From positions 4,065 through 68,064 of the forward strand of contig JBDKUY010000017.1 in the NCBI GenBank assembly GCA_039679445.1: a stretch of DNA of 64,000 nucleotides, given 5' to 3'. Below are positions 1-9,433 of the stretch, one piece after another. Made by a program: the position numbers and the translations under genes. The stretch comes from Methanofastidiosum sp. (GTDB lineage Archaea > Methanobacteriota_B > Thermococci > Methanofastidiosales > Methanofastidiosaceae). A model generated the notes under the pieces. That model had not been told where the DNA came from. It worked only from the letters and a program-made list of their open reading frames with translations, and searched no databases. Position 1 is the first letter of the stretch. Each line of letters starts with the position of its first letter.

Positions 1-102
1 TTTTTCAAAAGAAATATATATCTATTTTCTCCATAGAAAACATTTATTTAACTATTAAATTAAAAGAAGAATGTTTTTAAGAAAGTCTGCAGATTATTTT
101 CT

Positions 103-354
103 ATGAAAGCTATAATAAAGCTAGATAAAGAAAATATAGAGCGCGTATATGAAATATATTCATGGAAAACTGATGTAAGTAGCCTTCAGTTTGTTGTTTC
201 AGAAAAAGATGCAAAGGATGGCGTTTCCGGTGTTATAACTATAATTATGGAAGGAAATGACATGGATCTTTTCAAAAGGCTCATGCATGGGGGCCGAATG
301 ATGGGAATAGATGGAGAGATAGACAGGATTATAGAAACAGAGAGAATGAAATAA
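103..354 (+). CDS. hypothetical small protein (83 aa)
   Basis: Six-frame ORF with no recognisable motif. Sits upstream of a tandem pair of CMD-family genes. Confidence 0.3.
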   Translation: MKAIIKLDKENIERVYEIYSWKTDVSSLQFVVSEKDAKDGVSGVITIIMEGNDMDLFKRLMHGGRMMGIDGEIDRIIETERMK

Positions 355-393
355 ATAATTCTATTCCCCAAAAATATTTAAAGATGTTTATTT

Positions 394-774
394 TTGACCT
401 TTAACGGTGCTCTTATGACATTAAACATTGAGAAAACTCTAAAGAAGATAGAGGATTTCTACGGAGAGGTTCCTTTTATTCTAAAAGAGATATCAAAAGA
501 CGAAAAGGATTTCATTACTTCAGTACAGAAACTTTTTCATCTTATGGGGCCAAACAAGGTTTTCTCACCAAAAGAGACTGAACTCTTTGCAATAGCCAGT
601 GCTGTTGGACATAATGGAAAACACTGCCTTGCATTTCATATTAAACAAGCCCTTAATTTTGGGGCAACTGAGGAAGAAATATTTCAGGTCATTTTAATAG
701 CTTCCTTAATGGGCGAATCATCAGCACTTGCAATTGGACTTAGAAAATTAAAGGAGATAGAAAATGAAAGATGA
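394..774 (+). CDS. carboxymuconolactone decarboxylase (CMD)/AhpD-like family protein
   Basis: About 120 aa, all-helical, with the Cys-x-x-x-x-His signature (GKHCLAFH) typical of the AhpD/CMD core. Confidence 0.55.
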   Translation: MTFNGALMTLNIEKTLKKIEDFYGEVPFILKEISKDEKDFITSVQKLFHLMGPNKVFSPKETELFAIASAVGHNGKHCLAFHIKQALNFGATEEEIFQVILIASLMGESSALAIGLRKLKEIENER

Positions 775-1117
775 ACTACTAAGGAAGATTAAGGAAAAAT
801 ATGGAGAAATCCCCTTCGTTACACAAGAAATCTCAAGGGATGAGGAATACTTTGTTCCAAGAACAAAAAGAGTCATTCATCTTATGGGTGGAAGCACATT
901 AGATACAAAGACTGCAGAACTAGTTGCTGTGGCTGCTGCTACTGCCTTAAAGACTCCGTTTTGTCTTGATGTGCATATAAGAAATGCAATAAGCGCCGGT
1001 GCGACAGTGGATGAATTATTCAATGTTATCGAAATAAGTGCCCTTATCTCTGAATCCTCTGCTCTTGGTATGTCATTAAGAGAATACAGGAAAGTCATTG
1101 ATAAAATGGAAGGCTAA
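764..1117 (+). CDS. CMD/AhpD-like family protein (paralog of the preceding gene)
   Basis: Same length and motif layout as the 394..774 protein (PFCLDVH; EISRDEEYF versus EISKDEKDF). Its ATG overlaps the upstream stop by 11 nt. Confidence 0.55.
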   Translation: MKDELLRKIKEKYGEIPFVTQEISRDEEYFVPRTKRVIHLMGGSTLDTKTAELVAVAAATALKTPFCLDVHIRNAISAGATVDELFNVIEISALISESSALGMSLREYRKVIDKMEG

Positions 1118-2439
1118 ATCCCTCTTTCTTTCTTAAATGTTTTTAAAATATCTGTTAAATCCGGCTTTCCGACTTCTTCTACTGAATACTTCACCCTTAC
1201 CAGTGGTTTATTGAGTTTCATGAGCTTACCTATGTCTATAGGAGTTCCAACGATTACGGTATCGCAAGGAACATTGTTTATTGTTGTTTCAAGCTCTTCT
1301 ACCTGCTCTCTGCTGTATCCCATTGCAGGTAATACTTTTCCAAGTTGTTTAAAATTTTCAAATATTTCTTTTATTGTACTTACTGCCCAAGGTCGTGGGT
1401 CTATTATCTCTTGGGCATTAAATTTTTTTGCCGCCACTGTTCCAGCGCCAAAACTCATGTTTCCATGTGTGAGTGTAGGTCCATCTTCAACAACAAGAAC
1501 TTTTTTACCTTCTATTAATTTTGGATCTTCAACAAAAACTGGAGAATTTGCTTCGATTATAGTTGCAGTGGGATTAATTTTTTGGATATTTCTCTTTATG
1601 GTATCTACTTGATCACGTGTTGCAGAATCAACTTTGTTAATAATAATTACATCGGCCATCATTGCATTTGCCTCACCAGGGTGATATGTTAGTTCTTGAC
1701 CCGCCCTCAATGGGTCAGCCAAAACAATATGCAAATCAGGTTTGAAGAATGGGAGGTCGTTATTTCCCCCGTCCCAAAGAATAACATCTGCCTCTTTTTC
1801 AGCTTCTCTCAATATTCTTTCATAATCAACACCGGCAAATACAACTGTACCATTTTCGATATGGGGCTCATACTCTTCTCGCTCTTCAATTGTACAATCT
1901 GCCTTGTCCAAATCTGCATAAGTTTCAAATCTTTGAACTGCACTCTTTAAGAGGTTACCATAAGGCATTGGATGTCTTGCAACAACAACTTTAAATCCCA
2001 TACTTTTCAAGATGTCTCTGACCTTTCTTGTTGTTGGGCTCTTGCCACTTCCAGTCCTTACTGCACATATGCTTATGACTGGTTTTTTTGATATTAGCAT
2101 TACGGACTTTGGGCCAAGAATAGAAAAATCTGCACAGCTTGAAAGAACAACAGATGCCTTGTCCATCACATAATTGTGGGAGATATCGCTGTAAGAGAGA
2201 AATACTTTATCCACGTTATATCTTTTAATCAAATCCCTCAATCGGCTCTCGGAATATATTGGTATGCCTTTTGGATATAAGGAACCTGCCAGCTCTTTTG
2301 GGTAGACACGATCCTCTATATCGGGTATTTGCGTTGCAGTAAAGCAAACAACTTCATATTTTGGATTATCTCTAAAATAAGTATTAAAATCATGAAAATC
2401 TCTACCAGCCGCCCCCATAATAATAACTTTTTTCTTCAT
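1114..2439 (-). CDS. COG2403-type P-loop protein, cyclic 2,3-diphosphoglycerate synthetase-like
   Basis: 441 aa. N-terminal Rossmann-like MKKKVIIMGAAGRDFHDFN, followed by a Walker A-like RTGSGKSPTT. The size and layout match the archaeal cDPG synthetase / predicted GTPase family. Family assignment is from memory, not a search. Confidence 0.45.
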   Translation of the reverse strand: MKKKVIIMGAAGRDFHDFNTYFRDNPKYEVVCFTATQIPDIEDRVYPKELAGSLYPKGIPIYSESRLRDLIKRYNVDKVFLSYSDISHNYVMDKASVVLSSCADFSILGPKSVMLISKKPVISICAVRTGSGKSPTTRKVRDILKSMGFKVVVARHPMPYGNLLKSAVQRFETYADLDKADCTIEEREEYEPHIENGTVVFAGVDYERILREAEKEADVILWDGGNNDLPFFKPDLHIVLADPLRAGQELTYHPGEANAMMADVIIINKVDSATRDQVDTIKRNIQKINPTATIIEANSPVFVEDPKLIEGKKVLVVEDGPTLTHGNMSFGAGTVAAKKFNAQEIIDPRPWAVSTIKEIFENFKQLGKVLPAMGYSREQVEELETTINNVPCDTVIVGTPIDIGKLMKLNKPLVRVKYSVEEVGKPDLTDILKTFKKERGI

Positions 2440-2491
2440 TTTATCTCCTCTTTTTTATACGCTAAACTATATAAAAAGATGTCTATTTAAT

Positions 2492-3955
2492 TTGTTAATG
2501 GCATTGCCGGAAATAAAAAATATTAAATATTTTCTTATTCCTATAGTTCTTATAGTTATACTTGCAGTATGTGAAACTTATCCACTTTACGGCAGATTTC
2601 CTTATCCCCTCTCATGGGATATATGGTACCACATGAGAATAGTAGAAAACTTTTCTAATGGATATTTTACTTTTGATCCAGTATCTTTTGGCCCAGAAGG
2701 GAGAATTCATACATATCCGCCTCTTTTTCATATTACCTTATTGGTATTATATAGAATATTAAATTTTGGAGGACTGTCCATTATGGACGCTGCAAGGATA
2801 ATGCCAGCTATATTGTTCCCATTATCGGCGATTTCAACATTTCTACTAATAAACAAATTTTATGGAAAAGAAGTAGGGCTCCTATCATCATTTTTTGTGC
2901 TTGTCATACCAGTATCTCTTGACCGAGGGATAATCGCCTCCCCACAATCACTTGCCTTGGTATTAATCCCTTTGGGTTTTCTTACATACCTCTTAGGATT
3001 AAAAGAGAGGAAATATCTATACGCTTCAGGAATTCTATCGTCTGCCGTTTTTTATACACATGGACTCTCATTCATAGTATTTTTTCTTTCAATTATTTTA
3101 TTCACATTTCTCTTGTATTTAGTCAAGAAAGAAATGAAACTCCAAAATTTTTTCATATTCACTTTAATAACAATTATTTTATCGTTCCCTTGGATTATCC
3201 AGCTTTTAATGCATGGTGTTGCATCAAATATTCCATATGGGGGCGTATTCAAGCTGGCTTTTTATCCTGTAAAACTTGGGTACATAACAATGGCCTTAGC
3301 TTTACCGGGAATAGTATTTCTGATACTCCGGAAGAGAGAAGAAGATTTGATGTTAATTTCATGGGGTACTGTGGCTTTTTTACTTTCAAGAAATTACATA
3401 ACAGGCCTAGATCTCCTCCCGTTCAGATTCATAGAATTTTTGGCATATCCTATCGCTTTTTATTCCTCTTTTGCCATATTTGAATTTGCTAAAGAAAAAA
3501 GAAAGGAAGCTATTCTTGCAGCAATTATTGGCATTATGGTAATCGCTTCTTTTCCTGCTGCAGAATATGTTTCAAAGGTCAAACCGATGTTAGGCGCTGA
3601 GGAATATTCGGCCTTTTCTTATCTAAATGAAAATTCAATTCAAGATAATTTCACAGTTGCTTCTTCTTGGTTTACTTCGCCGATTCTTGGAAAAATTTCA
3701 GAGTTGAAAACAGTTGAGGGTGGATATGCTTCCGGGAGCTGGGATTATGTCAAAAGAAGCCAAGATATAAAAACCCTTTATTCTGGCAATTATTCCGTTA
3801 TTGATACATATAATATAACTTATGCCTATCTTGGGCCAAGAGAGGTTGCAGAGTTTAAAAATAGTGAAAACTATTTAAATGCTTCCTCAATTGATAAGTT
3901 ATACAGTACAGGTAAAACCTCTCTGTACATATTCTGGGGTGGTAATTATAAATAA
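2492..3955 (+). CDS. polytopic membrane glycosyltransferase, GT-C fold (PMT/ArnT/GT39-like)
   Basis: About 11-13 predicted TM helices. The first loop carries HTYPPLFH, which resembles the PMT/ArnT motif. A C-terminal soluble domain of about 140 aa contains SGSWDY, a partial match to the STT3/AglB WWDYG motif. Confidence 0.45.
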   Translation: MLMALPEIKNIKYFLIPIVLIVILAVCETYPLYGRFPYPLSWDIWYHMRIVENFSNGYFTFDPVSFGPEGRIHTYPPLFHITLLVLYRILNFGGLSIMDAARIMPAILFPLSAISTFLLINKFYGKEVGLLSSFFVLVIPVSLDRGIIASPQSLALVLIPLGFLTYLLGLKERKYLYASGILSSAVFYTHGLSFIVFFLSIILFTFLLYLVKKEMKLQNFFIFTLITIILSFPWIIQLLMHGVASNIPYGGVFKLAFYPVKLGYITMALALPGIVFLILRKREEDLMLISWGTVAFLLSRNYITGLDLLPFRFIEFLAYPIAFYSSFAIFEFAKEKRKEAILAAIIGIMVIASFPAAEYVSKVKPMLGAEEYSAFSYLNENSIQDNFTVASSWFTSPILGKISELKTVEGGYASGSWDYVKRSQDIKTLYSGNYSVIDTYNITYAYLGPREVAEFKNSENYLNASSIDKLYSTGKTSLYIFWGGNYK

Positions 3956-3956
3956 A

Positions 3957-5234
3957 ATTTTAACATACTCTACTCTGACTATACTAATAATCTCTGTATT
4001 TTCTGTAGGTTGTACTACTCAAAAAACTGATTTAGATGAGTTCGAAGCAAAACTTACAATAGACGAGTTCGAGAAAGCAAAGAGTATTGTTGGAGAGGCC
4101 TATATAAACCTGAAGATTAGCGAGGGAAAAATTAAGAGAGTTGGAGATATCTATTATGTTGATCTTGCATTTAAAGGTTCGAGGAGATATTTTGATTTCA
4201 ATATGCTAGTTATTGATCCCTTGACAGAAAGGGATCTTGTGTCTGACCTAAAAACACCTGAAAATCTGGATTTTTGCAGAAATTATCTAAAATATAGAGG
4301 ATTCCCTGAAGATCAAAATATAGTAATATTAAACAATCTCATCTCCAAAGACAGTTTCTCAAAAACAACTTTAAATGAAATAATATTAAGCGTAATAACT
4401 ACACAAGCTCAATCAAAAGAAAGACAAGAATTATATAATAGTTACTTGAAAAAACTACCGCCCACAGTTTCAGACTTCATGGAAATCAAATTTCCACAGC
4501 CCTCTACTGATGCCATCAATCTAGCCGATTTATTTTTAAAAATATTCGAGAAAAATAAGTTTTTAGTTGACAATGTTGCAGAATCTGATTTTGAATATAA
4601 CATGACTAGCGCTAGTATAACGCTCATTATGCAGAATCCATTTGAAAAATCCTACTATATTGACGAGGGAAAGGATGGTGTGCTTGACAAGTGGAGCCGA
4701 TATATCTCAGGTAGTTTGAGTGAAGAATACTGGAATCTTGATAAACAGAATGGGTTTGAAGTAAAAAAAATATACAAGTACGATGCAGAGGTATGGAGAA
4801 ATTTCTCTAATTTTGAGAAGGAGTACAGAAATACTGGAGAGTACCCGATTACTACAGACTTTTACAAAGAGTGTGTTCTCTACGATTATAAAGAAGAGGG
4901 TGAATATGGTATAATTATAGGAGTTATTACTGGGCCCTATGTTTACAAGCACTACGGTGCAGATAAATATTATCCGTTTGAGGCGGTAATAGACTTCTAC
5001 GCAGGCAATACAAATATCTCAGACATAAACTTCCTTTATGACCAATTTGGGATTAGAAACAAGGGATGGATATACGTTGATAGTGACCTACCTGTAACTG
5101 AAGCAACTGATGCTAAAATTGAAGAAAAGGGAAAGATACTAGATGAAGTTGTAAGATTACTGATGGATCAACAAATTCTGATTCCTACAGTTCCAGAAGA
5201 TAGACCTAACTCCCCCGCCATCGAGGTAAATTAA
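3957..5234 (+). CDS. secreted/lipoprotein-like hypothetical protein
   Basis: The open frame runs from 3879 and overlaps the upstream gene, so the true start is likely just after 3955. It has an N-terminal hydrophobic segment ending in SVGC (lipobox-like). The mature part is hydrophilic and Tyr/Asp-rich with no known motif. Confidence 0.4.
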   Translation: MLTYSTLTILIISVFSVGCTTQKTDLDEFEAKLTIDEFEKAKSIVGEAYINLKISEGKIKRVGDIYYVDLAFKGSRRYFDFNMLVIDPLTERDLVSDLKTPENLDFCRNYLKYRGFPEDQNIVILNNLISKDSFSKTTLNEIILSVITTQAQSKERQELYNSYLKKLPPTVSDFMEIKFPQPSTDAINLADLFLKIFEKNKFLVDNVAESDFEYNMTSASITLIMQNPFEKSYYIDEGKDGVLDKWSRYISGSLSEEYWNLDKQNGFEVKKIYKYDAEVWRNFSNFEKEYRNTGEYPITTDFYKECVLYDYKEEGEYGIIIGVITGPYVYKHYGADKYYPFEAVIDFYAGNTNISDINFLYDQFGIRNKGWIYVDSDLPVTEATDAKIEEKGKILDEVVRLLMDQQILIPTVPEDRPNSPAIEVN

Positions 5235-6160
5235 GATAGATAATCATCCAATTCGGGATAATTAACTCCAGTTAGAACTATTACAACCTTTAATATATCC
5301 GGTGAATTATCAGTGAGTGAAACGCCCCATATTATCTCGGCATTTTTATGGACTCTTTCTTCTATATGCCCAGTAACATTTGTTGACTCTTTGAGTGCTA
5401 GGTCTTTGTTTCCGATGATATTAATAAGTACACCCTTGACCTCATCTAATTCTAAATCAAACTTTGATTTTAAGGCCCTCTCATAAGAGTTTATAGTCTT
5501 TTTTTCTCCTTTTCCTTCGCCCACGCCAATATAGCAGGCCCCACCCTTGTTTATCACAGTCCTGAAATCAGCAAAATCGATGTTGACAAGACTTGGTAGT
5601 GCAAGGGAAAGATATAATCCTTCGATTTTTTCCCAAAAAGGGGAATAACCTCGAGAAAATATTGTTTTTTGTTCATCCTCTCGTATAATAAAAGAATTTG
5701 AATACATCTTCAATTCCGAAAACTTCTCTTTTGAATTCTCTTTGCTAGTGCTCAGTATGTCGTCTGCCCTTATCACAGGTATGGGGATGGCTTTACTATC
5801 CTTTGCCAACTTTAAAAGAATTGATGCCAATTTAATATTTGTATCGGCTAGATCAGTTAAAATAAATACAATATTTGCTATACTGAAAAATCCACGGAAC
5901 TCTTCCTCTATTTTTGATGTTACTTTGAATATGCCTTGAATGCTTTCAGAAGAATCTATTTTATTTTTTAACAAGTCATTGACAAAGAATTTTTTCTCTG
6001 TTTTTAAGAATTTTAATCGTTCCTTGTCATACCCTATTGCCAATGTTTTTATATCTAGATTTTGGGGTTTAGTTTCTATTATCTTAAAGCTTTCATCTCC
6101 GAGTCCTATGACCATCATCTTAAGTTTCTGCGAATCGTTGTCCTTCTTAGACTGTTCCAT
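5231..6160 (-). CDS. FtsZ/tubulin-fold protein with degenerate GTP-binding motifs
   Basis: The whole length is collinear with FtsZ. NIDFADFRTVINKGGACYIGVGEGKGEKK matches FtsZ [29 protein letters not shown], and VLINIIGNKDL matches VLVNITAG.DL. The glycine box GGGGxN is replaced by GLGDES, and the tubulin signature GGGTGTG is replaced by DLADTNI. Confidence 0.7.
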   Translation of the reverse strand: MEQSKKDNDSQKLKMMVIGLGDESFKIIETKPQNLDIKTLAIGYDKERLKFLKTEKKFFVNDLLKNKIDSSESIQGIFKVTSKIEEEFRGFFSIANIVFILTDLADTNIKLASILLKLAKDSKAIPIPVIRADDILSTSKENSKEKFSELKMYSNSFIIREDEQKTIFSRGYSPFWEKIEGLYLSLALPSLVNIDFADFRTVINKGGACYIGVGEGKGEKKTINSYERALKSKFDLELDEVKGVLINIIGNKDLALKESTNVTGHIEERVHKNAEIIWGVSLTDNSPDILKVVIVLTGVNYPELDDYLS

Positions 6161-6211
6161 TAAAGTTGTTTTAAGAAATTTTTTTATAAGGGTTGTTGTT
6201 TGTAAGTATAT

Positions 6212-6769
6212 ATGGAAGAACTATATTTTATCACAGGAAACAAAGGAAAATTCAAAGAAGCTAAAGATAAACTGGAATATCTCAATATTGAACTAATCCA
6301 AGTAAAAATGGAATATCCAGAGATTCAAGCTTCGGATCTTAAAGAAATAGCCCTATTCGGGATTAATTTTTGCAGCGAAAGGTTTAAAAGTCCCTTCTTT
6401 TTAGAAGACTCAGGACTGTTCATAGAAGAACTAAACAGCTTTCCTGGACCGTACTCAAGGTATGTCCAAGATACAATCGGAAATGATGGTATCTTGAAAC
6501 TTCTATCGGGCGTAAAAAATAGGGGTGCTTATTTCAAATCAATAGTGGGGCTATACAAAGATGGCCCACATTTATTTGAAGGAATTTCAAGAGGTACAAT
6601 CACAAATGGAATGAGAGGTCAAGGGGGATTTGGATTTGATCCAATATTCATCCCTGAAGAAAACTCGAGAACATTTGGAGAGATGACTACTATGGAGAAA
6701 AACGCTTTCTCCCATAGAGGCAAAGCTCTTGAGATAATGGCCAAATACCTTGAAAGTGGAGTTGAGTAA
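6212..6769 (+). CDS. rdgB: non-canonical purine NTP pyrophosphatase (ITPase, Ham1/RdgB family)
   Basis: Motifs FITGNKGKFKE, FLEDSGL and GFGFDPIF are the Ham1 signatures. 185 aa. Confidence 0.85.
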   Translation: MEELYFITGNKGKFKEAKDKLEYLNIELIQVKMEYPEIQASDLKEIALFGINFCSERFKSPFFLEDSGLFIEELNSFPGPYSRYVQDTIGNDGILKLLSGVKNRGAYFKSIVGLYKDGPHLFEGISRGTITNGMRGQGGFGFDPIFIPEENSRTFGEMTTMEKNAFSHRGKALEIMAKYLESGVE

Positions 6770-7225
6770 ATGGCAAGAATGCATTCGAGAAAAAGAGGAA
6801 AATCCGGTTCAAAAAAACCGGCAAGAACATCGATGCCACATTGGGTTGAAAAAAGGCCAGAAGAGGTTGTTGATTTAGTATTAACTATGTCAAAAGAAGG
6901 TCATGGACCTAGCATGGTAGGAATTATATTAAGGGACCAACATGGAATCCCTGATGTAAAACTTATCGCTGGGAAGAGTATTAACGAAATATTAAAGGAG
7001 AATAATCTCCAAAGTGAATACCCAGAAGACCTTTTCAATCTTATATCCAGAGCCGTCAACTTAAGGAAGCATCTTGAGCTTAATCCAAAGGATCTTCACT
7101 CAACAAGAGGATTAAATCTTATTGAGGCAAAGATTAGAAGACTTGGAAAATACTACACTGAGAAAGGTAGAATTCCAAAAGATTGGAGATACCACCCAGA
7201 AAAGGCTCAGCTAATTGTAAGATAA
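6770..7225 (+). CDS. rps15: 30S ribosomal protein S15 (uS15/S13e)
   Basis: [15 protein letters not shown]-terminus, [14 protein letters not shown], and C-terminal RRLGKYY..KDWRY. The start follows the ITPase stop directly. Confidence 0.9.
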   Translation: MARMHSRKRGKSGSKKPARTSMPHWVEKRPEEVVDLVLTMSKEGHGPSMVGIILRDQHGIPDVKLIAGKSINEILKENNLQSEYPEDLFNLISRAVNLRKHLELNPKDLHSTRGLNLIEAKIRRLGKYYTEKGRIPKDWRYHPEKAQLIVR

Positions 7226-7334
7226 ATTATTTTTTTCTATTTTATTAATTTTCATTTATATTATAATTTAATTATTAATAAGAGTTATTTTTTATTCAGA
7301 AATTCTTAAAAAGAACATTTCAAAGTGTTGTTAT

Positions 7335-9347
7335 ATGGGTAAATATAAGAAATTTCTATTGCTCCCGATTTTAATAATTATGGTATTGGGAACAATACCC
7401 TTGATATATTCAGATAGCACTGAAGAATATTACATGCTTACGTTAATAAATAATGAACGCCATGCACAGGGGCTTGAGCCTCTCACAATGAATTCAACTC
7501 TTTCCTCTGCCGCAAAACTTCACAGCCAGGATATGATTAACCGGAATTTCTTTAATCACATAAATCCTGATGGGCTAACGCCTTCAGACAGAGCTAGAAA
7601 TGCGGGGTATAGCTTCATTGCATTGGCAGAAAATATATGTGGAAACCCATCTATCGATTCTGGGCATTCTTCACTTATGGGAAGCCCTTCTCATAGAGTC
7701 AATATTTTGAACCCTTCTTACAAAGAAGTAGGGATAGGAATAGTTGACGGTGGGCCTTATGGAAAAATGATAACTCAACTCTTTGGCACGCAATCAGAGA
7801 ATACTGTGACAACTCCAACTACAACACCGCAGGAACCTCAAGGAAAACCGGATCTAAAAATAGAAAAAATAGATTTTTCGGGACAAGCTGAACCATTAAA
7901 ACAGATATCAATAAAAATAACATTAATCAACTCGGGGAAGAAAAATTCCGGGAATTTTGTATTTGCTGTTTTTGAGGGACCTCTTGAAAAAGGAAATCAA
8001 TTGGGCAAAATAAATATTCCCTCTCTTTATGTTGGACAAACAATAACAGCTAATTTTAATTGGGCCCCACCTACTGAAGGGAGCTATACAATTTATTTTG
8101 TTACGGATTATAATAAAGATATCGATGAAGAAAATGAAAATAACAATATGGCAACTTACCCTTTATCTGTTAAATTAACAAATTCGCAGACTACTTCTGA
8201 AGAAAATCCAAGCAATCAAAATAATAAATCTGATCTATATATATCCAAAAGTGATATCTCCTATAATCAAATAGTCTATGAAGGCGAATCTTCATTAATA
8301 TCTTTTAGAATAAGAAATATTGGAAAATCAACAGCTTTTGTAATACCCATTAAAATATACGCTAATGGCGAGCTTAAAGCATCTTCGACAATAAATCAGA
8401 TCTTACCATCTTCATATACGGATTTGGCACTATATTTGACATTCTCAAATACTGGTGAGAATGTCATAGATATCAAAATTGATCCTGATAACAGTATAGA
8501 CGAAATTTCAAAAAATAACAACTACGCAAATTTCAACATAAAAGTTGTACCAAGAGAAAATAATTCAATTGCAACGCCGGATAGTAATCAAAATAACAAA
8601 CAGATATATCAAAATATTGATTTACTAGTATATCCTTACTACATTACAATTGAAGAACAAGGAAATGGATTTTTCTCAATTAAAACGAAAATAAAAAATA
8701 AAGGAATTACTAGTGTAGATAACTTTTCTGTAACTATCTACCAGAGAGATACTAATACTTCAAATAACACATTTATAGAAAGATTTTATCTATCCTTGGG
8801 CCCGGACCAAATAGTTGAAAAGATTATTACATTTATACCAACTACAGAAAAAGGAGAGATTGTTGTAGTTATTGATGAAGAAAATATAATCAAAGAAATG
8901 GATAAGAACAATAATATTGCTACAAAGAAATTTTCTAATATTATTAATGAATCAGATATACCCGAAATGAGAAGTGATTTCATACTAAATACAACTCCTC
9001 AAGATGTAAATATATCTAATTTGCTCAAAGTCACGATGAAACTAAAAGATATTAATTCTTCAAATGCATATCTATATTACAAGTATGACGAGGACATTAA
9101 TAGTTCCTTCTTCGTTCTAAAGATGAATAATGAAGGAAATTATAGCTACTTGGCAGAAGTAGAACCATTAGGAAAAACTAATCTATTTTATTATTTTGAG
9201 GTAGACACAGGTAATAACATAATAAAATCACCTTATGAGTCACCGAATGAGCTATATTCGACTATTATTAATTATCAACAAAATATTCAAGAAAAAAGAA
9301 ATCCAAGTTTTTTAGATAATGTAAGAAAGATTTTTGGATTGATATAG
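7335..9347 (+). CDS. secreted CAP/SCP/PR-1 domain protein with CARDB-like repeats
   Basis: N-terminal signal/TM. The CAP domain is residues about 35-150 (HAQGLEPL..FFNH..GENI..HRVNILNPSYKEVGIGIV). It is followed by at least three repeats with the CARDB-type pattern (DLKIEKIDFSG..., NNN.A.....V). Confidence 0.65.
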   Translation: MGKYKKFLLLPILIIMVLGTIPLIYSDSTEEYYMLTLINNERHAQGLEPLTMNSTLSSAAKLHSQDMINRNFFNHINPDGLTPSDRARNAGYSFIALAENICGNPSIDSGHSSLMGSPSHRVNILNPSYKEVGIGIVDGGPYGKMITQLFGTQSENTVTTPTTTPQEPQGKPDLKIEKIDFSGQAEPLKQISIKITLINSGKKNSGNFVFAVFEGPLEKGNQLGKINIPSLYVGQTITANFNWAPPTEGSYTIYFVTDYNKDIDEENENNNMATYPLSVKLTNSQTTSEENPSNQNNKSDLYISKSDISYNQIVYEGESSLISFRIRNIGKSTAFVIPIKIYANGELKASSTINQILPSSYTDLALYLTFSNTGENVIDIKIDPDNSIDEISKNNNYANFNIKVVPRENNSIATPDSNQNNKQIYQNIDLLVYPYYITIEEQGNGFFSIKTKIKNKGITSVDNFSVTIYQRDTNTSNNTFIERFYLSLGPDQIVEKIITFIPTTEKGEIVVVIDEENIIKEMDKNNNIATKKFSNIINESDIPEMRSDFILNTTPQDVNISNLLKVTMKLKDINSSNAYLYYKYDEDINSSFFVLKMNNEGNYSYLAEVEPLGKTNLFYYFEVDTGNNIIKSPYESPNELYSTIINYQQNIQEKRNPSFLDNVRKIFGLI

Positions 9348-9433
9348 AATTAATCCGGCATAGTATAACAATAGAATATTTTTAAGTTACTATAAGAATA
9401 CTAAAAAGAATAAATAAAGAAAATTTGAGACTA

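Noticed and set aside
1211-1612. 133-aa plus-strand ORF, one of many antisense ORFs inside minus-strand genes. Others include 16367..16729, 18472..18774, 19461..19793, 20011..20379, 28003..28383 and 47648..48184.
   Set aside because: Each lies entirely within a well-supported gene on the opposite strand. All have low-complexity, Ser/Leu/Phe-rich translations typical of antisense frames in AT-rich DNA, and none carries a motif.
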